A stretch of 64,000 nt of DNA from Geosiphon pyriformis uo1 (GCA_016748015.1 JAAOMT010000597.1:310001-374000), one strand, 5' to 3'; positions 38,521-52,559 are shown, numbered from the stretch's first letter. The notes: generated by a model not told the origin, from the letters alone. A program made the numbers and translations.

Positions 38521-41500
38521 ACGACGAATTTTGTTAGATTACCATTAGAATTCTATCTTGGAGGCAATAAGCCTTGGAGAATATATATTTTAAAAGGAAA
38601 CAGATTTTATAATAGCAAATACATGTTTCAAAATCTTAAATTTATAGCTAGTTATTTTGATTGGTCTCTTTAAAAAGATTGAATTGGAGAAATCTTATCT
38701 GATTTGCTCCCTATCTTCGATTTGAGATATTAGGTAGAAATCAAGCCTACGCCAAACAAGCCGTCATTTTTTTCTGTACATAGGCATATCATTAAATATT
38801 GGTTGTTTGGCTTAGTTTCCCTTCTAAATCAGGTTCCAAATTCCACCTATCTAGGTTTTAGTATTGAATGGCCGAACTTTTGATATTTGACTGAGTTTCC
38901 TTAATGTTCATTCTAATGTAAATTAACCCGTTGCTTGATTTTTGAAACTTTATCCGATAATCTTGGATCCAAAACTTGGAAGATTAATTATTAATGATTC
39001 ACTTCACGTGATTGCTATTTATAATGCCCAGTGTAAAAATAAACAGTTCATAACTGTAAATAAAAATAATGCTCAATTTGATTATTTTAAAAAACAAAAA
39101 ATTTTATAATTTGAAAATAAAGATAATTTGTATATATAAAATTAATTGATTTATGCAAAATATTATTTGGTTTTATATTTTAAGAATTTGTAATTATTAT
39201 TATTACTTTACAATATAACAATAACAAAATTATTTCTCTTTTTAATTATATTTAAAGCAAAAAGTAAAAAAGTTGCAACTTTTTTATTTTTAAAAGCATT
39301 TAGTAATATTTTTATTAATAAAGTATTTACAGCTATTAAGATTACTTGATAGTATTTTGTAAAATACTTTTGTTTTTAATAAGAGTTTTTTTTAAAATTC
39401 ATTTTAAGTAACTAATAAGATTAGTTTTAATATAATTATTATTATAAAGAGTTTTAAAACTTTTAATAGCAAATTAGTAGCAATTTTTATTTACTGTTTT
39501 TTTATATTTGTTTAAATAATCAAAAAAGCCAAAAATATTAAAAAGTTTTTTCTTTTAGTATCTTTTAAAACACTATTTATTTTTTGAAATCTGTCTTTTT
39601 TTTGTAAAAAATATTAACTTTATTTAGTTTTTTGATATTTATATTAATTTTATAATAACTATATTAATTATAATATTAATTTAAATTTGATTATAAATAA
39701 TAGTTTTTTTTAGATAATTAAAATTCATAATTTTTATTAATTATTATATGTATTAGCCACTAATGTCATATAATTAGTCACCCTATTTTTAGATAATAAT
39801 TATTGATTTAATTATTAGCCTGATTATTGACTTAATCAATAATCTAACTATTGATTTAATCATTAATTTAATTAATAATTTGATTGTTAACCGAATTAAT
39901 AACTTAGTTATTAACTACTTTAATAATTATATAAGCAATAAATTTCTCAGTTATAGAAAAATATATAAGAATATATATAAAAAATTAAAAAAACAAAAAA
40001 ATATTTATTAATTCAATTTTTTTTTTATTGTTTGTTTTTTTTTTATTTTTTTTTATTTTTAAGTATCTAAACATTTTAGAATAAAAAATTATTTATTGAC
40101 ATTTACTTATTTTTTTTTGATCTGTATAATTGTAGCATTTAAAAATTATTGTATAAAAACATAACTAAAAAGCACATTTAATATCTAATATTAAATTCTA
40201 AAAATATTAACATAAGATATAGAATTATATCAGTGTGTTATTATTTGTTAATAGTATAAACTATCTTTTTACTTTTAAATTTTTTAGTTATCTTTTGGAA
40301 AAATTAGCAATTAAGATATTTTATAAGACTAATTTTACAAATTAAATCTATATTTATTCAATTTGCTTCTTAAAGTTGAATTCTTTTTGATTAATTCTAT
40401 CATTCTATAAATTTGTTTTTTTTTGCTATTTATTAACTTATTACTCCAACTTATAATATAAAAGTAATATTCCTTGTAAGGTTGTCAAAAACTATTTGTT
40501 TTTTATTATATAAGTAATTATTTATATCTGCCACAATAATTAAAAAATACTTTAAAACACACAACAAAAATAACTTAAATTTTATTGTACTTAATTCTCT
40601 GCTTTTTTGTTTAATTGCTTTTTTATTAAAAAACAACTAATAAACAATTTCAAAACTTTTGGAACTGGTTTTTAAATAAGCATTCAACTAAATCTATACA
40701 GTATATACAACTTATTTCTTTGATCAAGCTTACTTTAAAAACAATTTTAAAAAAAGAAACAACAATATTAATTAGCTTTTATATTTAACAATTTTTAAAC
40801 AACAGTTTCTTAACTTTAAATATCTGAATTATTAAATTCATATTTGGATTGTTGTTTATTAGTTAGTTGAAACTCATTTTAAAACAAAAAAAAAGTTACC
40901 AAACTGCTTTTGTTTTGATCTTTTCTTAAGTAAATTAGATTATTTTACAAAACAGCTACTCCTAAATCAATAATTGTTAATTTTATATAAGTAAATATTT
41001 TAACTGTTTTTTAAGATATTCAAACTGTTTTATGGCAAAAAAACAACATTGCATTATTTTTATTTAAAGATAACACATAAAATTCAATTGAATAGTTAAA
41101 TAATTTTAAAAGAGCAATTACTATTAACTAATATGATGCTAAATACAAATTCCAAATTATTAATGACTACTTTCAAGACTTTTTTGTTATTTAATTCTTA
41201 CAAAAAACCAATGCTAATGCTTATCAAAGAATTATTAGATAAATATCAACAAATATTAAAAAAAATATCTTTTTTACTGTCTAGTTTAAAAACAAATTCA
41301 AAATTTCTATCTTAATTTCCAAATAGTATATAAAATTAGAAAAAAAAATTTAAGGCCTTAGTAAAATTGTAACTGAATATGCCAAAATAATTAAAAAGCT
41401 TATCAAATAAGTAAACTTTAAAAAAAACTAAACAGAAAAACAAAAGATTTATTTCTTTATAAAAGAATTAAAAACTGACTTATCTTATGCTCTTTGGTCT

Positions 41501-43048
41501 TTTTGGCTCTAAAAAATAATCTAACCATAAATATAATCATTAAATTTGCACAAAAAATTAAAGATAACCAAAAAATGCACCTAAGATTTACTTTATTAGT
41601 TTTTGCTCTTGTTTTTATTTTGGTTCTTGTTCTTTAAATAATTGCTACTTTTTTTGCTGTTTAAACTCAAGATCTTAATAAATAATTAATAGATAAACTT
41701 ACAGTCAATCTTGTTTGGTTACTAGAATTTATAGTCTAAGCAATCAAAAAAATTTAACAATCCCAAAAAATTAGATTTAAATACTATTTTAATCAGTCTT
41801 AGCAGTTTTTTTATCAAAGACAACAAAATTGTAATCTATTTGTGTACTATTATTGCAAATTAACTGGATATTTTACCAAAAATTACAACAATTTTTCTTT
41901 GCTTTTTCCAGCTTTTAGAAATAATAATAACCAAAATAATAGATTTATTAACAATAATATTTCTAATTAAAGATCTAATTATATTAACATTAATTTTTTT
42001 GAAGAGAATTCTTTAGTAAAAGTTATTATTTATTAGTTTTTAAACTAATAAGTACATTTTTAAAGAATAAGAATACAAGCCAACTGGAAAAAAATTTTTT
42101 TTACATTTTTAACTTAACTAATAATGATTATAATATTAATGAACTGGCTATTAATCTCTTTAAATTCACAAAAAAAAAAGCCAAAATTGATTTCATTTTA
42201 AATCTTAACAAAGTCTTAATTTTTACTATTGATAATAATGAGCCCCCAAAAACTAAAGTTTTTAAAAATTCTTCAAAGTTAGAACTCTCAAAAATAGTGC
42301 AAAAATTTGGTTTTTATTCTATTGTTAAAAATTTTATAAAAACCTTAGTACACATTATTTTTAACCAATTAATGATTTATCTACAGTTCAAAAAAAATCT
42401 TCACAAATTTTGATTTAAAAAAAAAACATTAAAAACCAATAAGCATTTTTATTAAGCTGAATTTACTAATAATAATATTATTAATTTTTTGATTTACAAA
42501 GCTTAAGTGGCTAATTATTTTATTGATTTAATTTTAAACAGTAGATTATCTGTTAGTGTTATTATTAAACACTTCTTTAAAGCAATTGAAAAAAAATTAA
42601 TAAACCTTTAACTTGGTCTGTAACCAATATACATGATAATAAAAAAAAAAGTCTTGGCATAACCAAAGCTGTTCTTATCTGTATTAATGACATTAATATT
42701 GAAACTGATATGGAAGTTTTTGAAGCAAAAAAATACACTATCATTGTTGACAATCAATGGCTCAAAAAAACAAAAGTTTTACTTAATTAAAAACTTTGTA
42801 AACTAATTATTAAATATAGTAAAAAGTTTATTGTGGTTAAATGTTATTATTAGATTACTTTTCTAGTATTTAAGCAGAACCAAAAAAAAACAATCAGATA
42901 ATAAAAATAGTAATAAAAAAACAAATAAAAAAAACAAGAAGAAACTACTGAATTTATCTATACTATTATTATTAGCAATAACAAACTACTAGATAATATT
43001 AAAACTAACAAAGAAAAAATTATTGTAAATAGCAAGCTGATTTGCTAA

Positions 43049-43880
43049 TGTTACAGGTGATTATTTGGGGTTTCAAAGCAAATAACAAATCTGTAACTTG
43101 GTATTCAATAGCTAATTTGGTTGATGATATTTGAAGGTTGTTTATATTTGAAGGTTTTGGTTAAGTTTTTTGTATAATGAATAGAGATTTGATGGTGTGT
43201 AATTCTTTTTTGATAAGTTTCCCAATTTTTTTCTCAGCTTAGTGGCTGGTTTTATTCTGGTAGTTATGTCTTTCTGGTAAACTATCCATTAATATATGTA
43301 TAATGTTTATACTTATTTTTGGGTCTTTTACCAGACTATCTGTGACATCAATAATTCAGTGCTTAATTTTTAATCAATTAGTAAACAACCAAAAAAAAAA
43401 AAATAATAAAAAATAAAAAAAAATAAAAAAATAAAAAAAAGAAAATAAAAAATAAGTGTCCTATCAATAGCCATGCTTAAAAGCTATTGTGCCAGCAGAT
43501 TAAGTAGTGGATAATAACATGAATTTAAGAATAATAGATAATTTCATTAATATGGAAGCAATTTCACTTCAAGTTATAGTATTTTATCTTTTGTAGAAAA
43601 GATATTTAATAATTATAACTTGCAAGTCTAATTGACTCTGGGAGTTTAATTAACTCTAAGTCTTCTTGACTAATTTTCTAGTTTTTGATATTATTGCTAT
43701 ATATACATAAATTTCATTGTACAAAATTTCTTAAATTCCTTAATTCTCTAGCCAGGAATCCTGTAATTCTGAAATCCTGCAATTTTTCTGAAAAAAATCC
43801 TGGAATTCTACTTTTACTACATCTATTTTGATTGGCTAATTTATGTATTAATATTTAATTTTTATATTCTATAAGTAACA
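43049..43880 (-). mobile_element. Family A-related solo LTR (TSD CTAA/CTGG)
   Basis: TGTTAC...GTAACA; flanks CTAA 43045-43048 and CTGG 43881-43884. Confidence 0.85.
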
Positions 43881-44272
43881 CTGGCTTTACTATTCTTAGA
43901 AAAACTTTTAATAAAAAGTTTAACAAAAAAGTTAAATATAGTTATTAGTAATATAATTTTTATATTCAGTGCTAATATAATAAATTATTGTATTTTTTTA
44001 GTAATAAATATAAATTTATTACAAAAATTGAGAACTAATTAGCTTAATATTAAAAAAAAAGATAAAAAAAGTGCAAAAGTCTTTTGAAAATAAACTGTAG
44101 AACAAAAAAAAATTTTTCTAAAGAAAAAAAACCTAATATTAAAAACTTATTGGCTAAAAACATCTAATTATATTAAAAAAATAATACTTCTAAATATACT
44201 TATATAATACAATAAAAAAAAACTTCTTTTTTTCATTCATCCCAAATTTCCAAAAAAGAGCCAAAATATTTT

Positions 44273-46165
44273 TTGAAAGAAGTTTTTCTGTTTTTTATCA
44301 TTCAGTATGCTAATTCCAAACTGTTTGTGCTTGATTACGAGACCACCATTGGCTCTAGTATTGTGGTTCTAAACAGGTCTGTTATGGAGTCTAGCTTTAA
44401 TATTAGTGTCAAGTCTGCTAAGTCCAGAAAGAAAAGAAGAGGTAATACTTTGGAGGATAATATTGGTAATAAAAAATTTGCTGCTGCTAAGGTGTCAAGT
44501 GGTCATTTTTGGAGTTTAGAAGCTGGTAATACTACTGAATCTAATAGTGTGAATATGGAGGAGGAATGTCTGGTTGAGAAAACCAGCTTTGATCATAGGG
44601 ATAGTGGAGTTTTTGCTAAAGAGGACTTAGAGCAAACACTCAAAAGTTCGAATATTCTTACTAAAAGGACACTTGGAAAACCACTGGAAAAAATTAACTT
44701 CTTAGATAATGATATTGATAATATACTTTTGGACAAACCTGTGGTTTTTTCTCCTTCTTTGAAGAACTTGGTCAATATTTCTGTCAGGAAGTCTTTCACT
44801 TTGGACATCAGCTTGGATAATATTGTTAGGAAATCTGCTCAAAAAAAACTTGTGGTTGTCAGAAAATTGTTTTCAAGAATCAATGGTTTTGGGAGAGCCT
44901 TTACCCCCTCAAAATTTGCTAAGATTGTCAGAGCGACGTTTACTTCCAAATTGAGTTTGGTGCAGACATCTAAAAAGGCTAAAGAGACGAAAATCTTGGT
45001 AAACTCTGATTTCAGAAAACCATCTGGGCATTTAGATTGGGCTGTAGTATTGAAGAAAATTCCAATTGGTACTTCAACTGAGACTGTACATGCTGCACTA
45101 TCCGAGTTTGGCATTATTAAGTCAATCAAGATGCAATTGGTGAGGCTATGGCAAAAAGCTGTGGTTGAATTTGAGCAGGTTGAGCATGCTGATTTGGTTG
45201 CAGTATACTGGTCTATCCTGATCAGAAAGAATGCTGTGTGCATTGCTAGATCTGATGTAAACAAAGAATTGTGGGATGCACGAGATGTTTACAAGGCTTT
45301 TTTGTATACTCTTCTAGTGGGAACCAATATACATGATATTTGGGATTATGTTGCTTTAGTGGATGGAAAAACTTGTGTAATTGACCATCATCCAGTTTCT
45401 TATGTCTGAGCCAGATGTGCTACTGTCTGTTTTAATTCTGCTGAATTATTGAATGCTGTTATAGAAACCACACCTGTACTAAAGGGGGCTAATCTGCACT
45501 GGTCTCGTTTTGTTTCAGCCAAGTGTGCTGGGTGTAGGAAATTAGGCCATACATCATTGTTTTGCCCTATTAGTGGGAAAAAGAATGTTCTTTTTGGTGT
45601 TTCTTTACATAAAATCCTTTCAGACTTAGATAAAAGTAGACTGGCTGCCATTTATGCTAAGCATTTGGCTCCAGTTGCTCGTCCTGTTTCTTTTGGTAAT
45701 GTCTTGTGGGTGCAAATTGCTGATGGGTCTTCTTTCCTTTCTTTTTTTGTTTGGAATGTTTTGTTGAAAGCTGGCTCTTTTTCGGAGATAAAGTCTACCC
45801 TGCTAGTGTCTTTGGAGTTGAATAATAGGTTTGCTGCTCTTGAGTGCAGTCTTGCCAGCCTTGCAGAACATGTTGACATGCTGGCTAAGAGGTTGGAAAC
45901 ACCTGAGCCAACAGTTTCCCAGCTTAGCCCTAGACGTCAGCCGTTGGTGACCCCTTTATCACAGAATCAAGGGGTGGATATAGTGATGAGCGAGGGTTCA
46001 GGTGTGGCCACTGGTGGTGAGACTGTTGCAGGAGTGGTGGTTTTTAATCCTGCAGTTATCTCAAAAATGGAGGAAACTTTGAACAGTCTTTCACTCATGA
46101 TTATGAACCTTTCGGCTAAATTAGACAATGCTGGTTCAGTTTGTACCCCTTTTCTTTTTCAATGA
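44273..46165 (+). pseudogene. LINE ORF1 (RRM plus CCHC zinc knuckle)
   Basis: RRM-like VVLKKIPIG..LSEFGII...AVVEF; CAGCRKLGHTSLFC; one in-frame stop at 45407; true start probably ATG ~44385. Confidence 0.85.
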
Positions 46166-49100
46166 GTGATATGATCTGGAGAGTTGCAATTTGTAACATT
46201 AGAGAAATGAACAATCCTGCAAAACAGGATGACATTATTTGTTGGCATAAAGAAAAGAACAATTTAGTTTCTATCTTTACAGAATCAAAGTTAAAAAAAA
46301 AAGTTCACTCCTGGATTGTCAACAAATTTGATGGTATGTGGGTGTTTACCTCTGGTTTAGAATTTGGTAATCTAGGTGCTGGTGTTGTAATTGTCATAAA
46401 CTTTTCTTTGGCAAGACATATGTGCAAGATTTCAGAAGTGCCTGGTCAGCTCTTGTCTATTAAGTTGCTTTTCAGAAACAAACTTTTAGTGTTAATTTTG
46501 GGGCTTTATGCTGGTGCCTCTTTGGTAGCTCAGTTTTTTTAGGCTAGCAATATCAATTTTCTTATTGCAAAGACTGTTAATGAATCTTCTTTTGTTATTC
46601 TCGAAGGAGATTTTAATAAGGATGGTTCTCGTAAATGTGCAAGCTTCAAGAAATGCTTGGATTTTGATTTAGTCAATGCCTTGGGTGGGAGCTCTAGTGA
46701 GAAATTACCAACTTGGTCTAATTTTTGGGGCGTGGTTAAGACAATTAATTATATGCTCATTTCTTCAAACTTGGTCAATGCAGTAGTAAGTTGTGGTGTG
46801 TTTGGAGTTGAGGATTATTTTGATATTGATCATCAGGCAGTTTCAGTGTTGGTAGGTTTGGGTGGTCTGCTCAATGTTTGATTAAATTTTATTTGCAAGC
46901 AGACAAATAAGGATCGTTGGAAATACAATTGCAAAGATGCAAGTGCTATTAAGTGGACCAAGTTTAAGGATAATATAACAGCGAATTCAGCTATGTTTCA
47001 TGATAAGTTTCTTGCAACCAAAATGCACTTGGATTTGGATGCAATGTGGGCTGCTCTCTGTAAAGTATTGTGTCTGTTGGCTGAAGCAATTTTTAAAAGG
47101 AAATGGTTCAAAAACTATGATCATGTTTTTGTTAGGGAGTTATCCAAGTTTCACAAACTGGAGCTTTTAGTGTCAAAGCTAATTAAGATGTCTCGCTTGG
47201 ATTTTTTTGGAGAATTTATGTTTTTGCTTAATAAGTAGAAGAGTTTGGATTCAGTTAATGCATCTGTGATAAAATCTCTTTTTTTGTCAGGTTCTCTCTT
47301 TAATGCCATTCGGTCAGTTTTGTTCAAGGTTAAAAAGTTATATTGCTCTTCCAAAATATCAGAAGTAGTACGTATTAGGAAATCTAGAATCAGATTAGTG
47401 ATAGATAAGAGGATAGAAAATTTTGAATTAAACAAAGGTCATACTATTAGGAATGTACTAGAACATCCCTTTTACAAAGTGACTTTAGACCATTTGGTTG
47501 TGGATGATGAATTGGTTTTGGAACCTAATCTTGTTAGAACTAAGATAAATGTGATCATGGAAGAATGGACTAGGAAGCATAACATGGTTTCTGGTGTCCT
47601 TGATGTGTGGTGTCACCAATATTAGTCTTTGGAATATGTTTTTGATGAAGCTTTCTCTGGTGTGATGTGCTCAATTGACTTTAATAAGATGTCCGATGTT
47701 ATTTCAATTCTGCTCAATAAGAAAGCAGCTGGTCTCTCTGGTATATCAAATGAGTTATGGAAGCATTGTAACAGATCAGTTTTGGATATGCTGTTGGTTC
47801 TTTTGAATTCTTGTTTGAACTGTAAATCTGTTCCCAGGCCTTGAAAGAAAGCTTGGGTATCGATGATTCCCAAACTATATAAGTGAGAAGGCATTCTCAT
47901 GAACACCTATCCTATTGTGTTGATTAAAATGGCTTGTAAAATTCTTTTCAAGATTCTTTCAGACAGAATTTCTTCTGTATGCAGTAGATTTGATGTTCTC
48001 AAAAGGGATAATTTTTCTGTTTTAAAAGGTACGACCACACAGTTTCCTATTTTTGCTATTAGATCAGTCATTGAGAATGCTTTGGAAAAGAACTGTGAAC
48101 TGTGGCTGGTCTTGCAGGACATGCAAAAGACTTATGATTCTGTTGGCTGGGAACATCTGAGAGCGAGTTTAGTTAGAATAAAAATGTGTGACAGATTTAT
48201 TCGGTTTTTTGGTAGCATCCACAATGGTCAGGCCAACAGAGTTATGATAGATTTTGGGCTGACTGATGAGTATCAGGTGCATGATGGTTTAGACCAAGGT
48301 GAGGTGTTTTTGCCTCTTTTTTGGCACATATTTTATGATCCTCTTTTGTGTGAGGTCAAAAGACAAGAAAGTGTATATGAATACAGGTTGGACTCTTACT
48401 TTGTGACCAGGACTGGTTGCTTTGAATTTCGAGCTGGTTTGACTTCTTTTCTCGCTGCTGGTGCCTTTGTCAATGACACAATTTGGGTTGGTAGCAGCCA
48501 AGCCACTATGTAACATATTCTCAATATAGCTAGCAAATTTTTTTAGATCAATGACATTTCGATCAATAATGATAAAATGGTGGCCATTCCCATTAATTGC
48601 AGAGTTTTTGACCCTTGTTTGCTGATCAGTAATTTGCCTATTTTAATAGCCAAGAAAAAAGAGTCTTATTAGTACCTGGGAATTTTTTTATTTACTGAGG
48701 GTTTGTCAAAGCCTAGCTTAACTAGAGCTCAATTAGATGTCCGGTTTTTTACCAATCTTGTACTGAGAAAGACTATCTCTAACAAACAGTTCTTATATTT
48801 GGTGTTGGCAGTTCTTCATCCTATTGTTACTTATAGGACTCAGTTCAGTTTTGTTTCTCTCAATGTGTGTATGAAGTGGGACACTATAATTTGCAAGAGT
48901 TTAAAATCCAAATCTGGCTTGCTGTTTGACTTTCCCAATGATGCAATTCACCACTTTTTTCTGTATAATTTGAAATCTTTTAAGCAGGTTCAGGCTGAAA
49001 GCAAGTCAGCTTCTATTGTCAGTTTTGCCAATTCTGTTGGTATCCTGGGCCATTTGTTTGCACATAGATTACATAACTTGCAAGTCTTCAGCTGGTGTCC

Positions 49101-50850
49101 TCATCACTCCTTGCTTTACCCTTTTTGTATTAATATCAATCCTTTGGATAATTTTTTGGCTGGCATAGTTTGGATTTTTTTGGGGTGTGACCTATCCCTG
49201 GGTGGTCTTGTGACCAATGCTTTTTGTTTTCGAAATGAAACTCCTATGTTTGACATTCTTGGTGAGCCCACCTTTTATAAATGTGTTTCTTCACTTTAGT
49301 GTTATGGAATTGCCTTTGTTAAACAGCTTTGTAATCGTGCTGGTTCTGTTTTCAAATGGAAGACTTTCAAGTGGTGGAAGAGATTGAATTCTTGGGGCCC
49401 AATTTCTCATTGGTTTGATGTTTCTGTTTACTTTCTGAATGATTTTGAGCCATCTTCTGTTCGTAATCTTCTGTTGCCAGAAGTTGGTTTGCCTAGTGTT
49501 CTTGAGTCTTGTGAATTTAAAATTGTGTGTAGTCATCTGTTGGAGGTTGATTCTGATCATCTTTTTTTGTTTATGGATGGTTCTCTGAGTGGGCTGGGTA
49601 CTCTTGGTATGAAAGCTGCTGCTGCAGTTTTTTTTGAAGACATTAATTTGAGTTTAGGTGTGGAAGTGTCTGGATTGGTCTCTTCTACTATGGCAGAGTT
49701 GCAGGCCATAGCTTTGACTCTCGAGTGTGTTCCTTCTTCTTGCTCGATCAACTTGTTTTCGAACAGCCAGGCTGCTTTGAATGCGTGCAAATCTGAATCA
49801 AGGTTGATTTGTCCAGATTTCAGGAATCAATGTTGGATTGAGCATTGCCACATTGTTAATGTTATTCATCAGAAAAATTTGGATATTAATTGGGTTAAAG
49901 TTAAAGGTCACTCTGGTGTGTTGGGCAATGAACAGGCTGACGCTTTTGCTGGAGCTGCTGTGTTATCTAATATGCATCTTCCTCACATGATCAATGAATG
50001 TTTTCTTAAGGCTAGTGGTACTATAATGTTCGGTAATACTAGACATTTTGTTTGTAGTGTCTTCTGATCAGTTCACCATGCATGCTGGAAGGTTGGTTCT
50101 GGTTCCTGGGTCTTGGTAGATAGTCTGCATGCTAATGTTGATTGGTTTAAGTCTTCTTTGGTATGGCATCCAGACTTGCATTTGGCTGCTGGCTTTACTA
50201 GTGCTCATATTGCTGGTCTTCGGACATATTTTATGAAGGCATTACATCATCATTTTCTAGTTGCTGTACATAAGTGTCTTTATAATAGAGGTTATCTCAG
50301 TGTGATATGTTTATTCTGTGGTAATGTTGAGATTTCAGACCATGTGTTTTCATGTCCATTTGATGCTGCTAGTTGCACTCAGTTGGTGGAAGTTTATGCA
50401 TTTGTTTGGGAGGCATGTTTGTGGTTATCTCACTCCTCTTTATGTGTTTTGTGACTACTTTCTGATTGCATCTCTAATGTTGTTGTTGGTGTGGCTCTGT
50501 GTAAGGGCTTTGTTTTTAATGAATGGTATCATGAATCTGTTGCTGTTTTTAAAGATTCTAAGGTTGTAGCCTGGAATATTGTGGCCTTTGTGCATGAGTT
50601 TTGTCTTGCATTTTGTAATGATATTTGACTAGTGCATGCTAAACACCAGGCTGTTATGGAAAAGGGTGGCATGATCCTATGTAATAGTTCTGTTCTTGTC
50701 TTGATCTCTGGTCTTCTTTCAGTGCTTTTGGCCAGTGTAGTTAGGTTGTTGGGTATTGCAGATGCATTTGGTATGGGTTTTGGGTTTTGTAAGTCTTGTT
50801 TATTCTTTGCAGATATCAGTAATGTGGTTTCAGTACATATAAGTGCTTAG
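46162..50850 (+). pseudogene. LINE ORF2 (APE endonuclease, RT, RNase H, CCHC)
   Basis: GDFN, DHQAV; DMQKTYDSV, GLDQG, FVNDT (FVDDT); MDGS...ELQA...WVKVKGHSGVLGNEQAD; CLFC...DHVFSC; all fragments in one frame. Confidence 0.92.
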
Positions 50851-51565
50851 TATTATCCTAATTAGCCCGAATGGCTGGTCACATATAGAAAATACATGAT
50901 TCACACCTAGTTTAGATTACTTGTATGATGTATTGTACTAGGCAGTGTTTGGACTTCACTCATTAAATAAATAAATAAATAAATAAAAAAATACCATATA
51001 CTATTACCACCAAAAAAACCTATCTTATTTACCTAAAATCTTATTAATTCAATTATTACAATAATGAATTTATTAAAAAAAAAATAAACTAAATAAAAAA
51101 TCTTGGATTTATACAAAAAACCAAGAACAAATAAGCTTTTTTAGTTATAATAGTATTTAAGAAAGATAAAACTTTATACTTTTGTGTTGACTATTGCCAA
51201 TTAAATATTATCATTAAAAAAAACATATATTTATTTTCTAAAATTAATACAATATTAGACCAATTCAATAGTGCTGCTTTCTTTTTAACTATTGATCAAA
51301 CTACTGGATTTTGGCAAGTAAAAATAAATTCAGAAAGAAAAAAAAAACTGTTTTTATTACCAAGTATAATATTTATGAATTTACAGTCATGTTTTTTGGT
51401 TTTATTAATGTTTTTTTATTTTTTAATGCCTAATAGACAAAGTATTCAAATTAGTAAAAAAAACTTTGTTCTAGTTTACTTAAACAACATAATAGTATAC
51501 TTAAAAACTTGAAACAAATATTTTGAACATTTGTAAAAAGTTTTTAATCTTCTCAAAAATGCTGG

Positions 51566-52559
51566 TGTTACCAGTAGAATTTTAGCTATTAATTAGCATG
51601 AAATTACCCTTATAATTCCTATAATTAATTAGTATATTAATATCATTTCAAATTATCATTTATTATTTAATCAATTATTACATATCACGATTCAATTAAA
51701 ATAATCTAATTAGTATAACAGAAAGTAGGATGATCAAATTACACAATACTCTGAACTTTGTAACATTCTAAAATTCGCCGAAATTTATAAGAAATTCGCC
51801 GAAATTTACAGAAATTTGCCGAAATTATGAATAGTTCACCCAAATTAATCAATAGTTTGGCGAAATAACTTGTAGTTCATCAAAATGTATCTTTAGTTTG
51901 CCGAAATTTGAGCAAAGAGAAAAAGTGCAAGTTCATAGACTAGTACTACAACAAGTTGTATAAAAGAAGAGCTTTTCTCTTCAAGAAAATGTATCTTACT
52001 TTAGATTTATTTCTTAGAAACATTCCTATACACACAAAAAGAAATAAATATCAAATAATTCGAAAAACCAAATTCTTTAATTATTGCACTTGGAAAATCC
52101 CCAAAACCCAACTAACATTTTGAAATTGATTAGCTACCAATTTCAGTAAACTGTTAGTGACTCCAGGCCTGGATAGAAAACGTTTCCCTTAACAGAATTC
52201 TATTTCTTTTACATTTCTTTTATTTTCTTGTATTTTCTTATTACAATTATTAGGGTAGTCTACAGACGAGATTTCTGTAGAAAAGTTGACTTTCACAGCA
52301 AAGTAACTACACATTTTAGTAAGCTTCCAGACAAGCAATTCCTGGGAAAGAGTTGATGTTTACTACAATGTAACTACATAAAGTAACTGGCATGGAATTG
52401 GCCATTCCACTTATAAGCCCAGCAAATTCAAATTATAGAAGATAATTTGAAGATAAATTCAGTTATTAAGGGTTCAACTACTTCTAAAAAAAAACGTGAA
52501 TTTGCAACCAACAGACATTTACAATATTCAAGAAAAGAGACCAAAAACCTCTGATAATA
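51566..52559 (+). mobile_element. Family C solo LTR with 4-bp TSD CTGG
   Basis: TGTTACCAG...CTGATAATA termini, CTGG at 51562-51565 and 52560-52563; host RT frame resumes; TATAAAA at ~51959. Confidence 0.85.

Larger units (their letters stand above)
44221..50981 (+). mobile_element. Full-length non-LTR retrotransposon (LINE) with RNase H; (TAAA)n tail; ~10-bp TSD AATAAAAAAA
   Basis: Two ORFs, tail 50964-50985, TSD candidates 44211-44220 and 50982-50991; gypsy RT resumes immediately after. Confidence 0.9.

Noticed and set aside
46141-50850. Alternative genetic code or stop read-through to explain in-frame stops
   Set aside because: All three stop types occur, with parallel missense transitions at catalytic residues; host genes use the standard code
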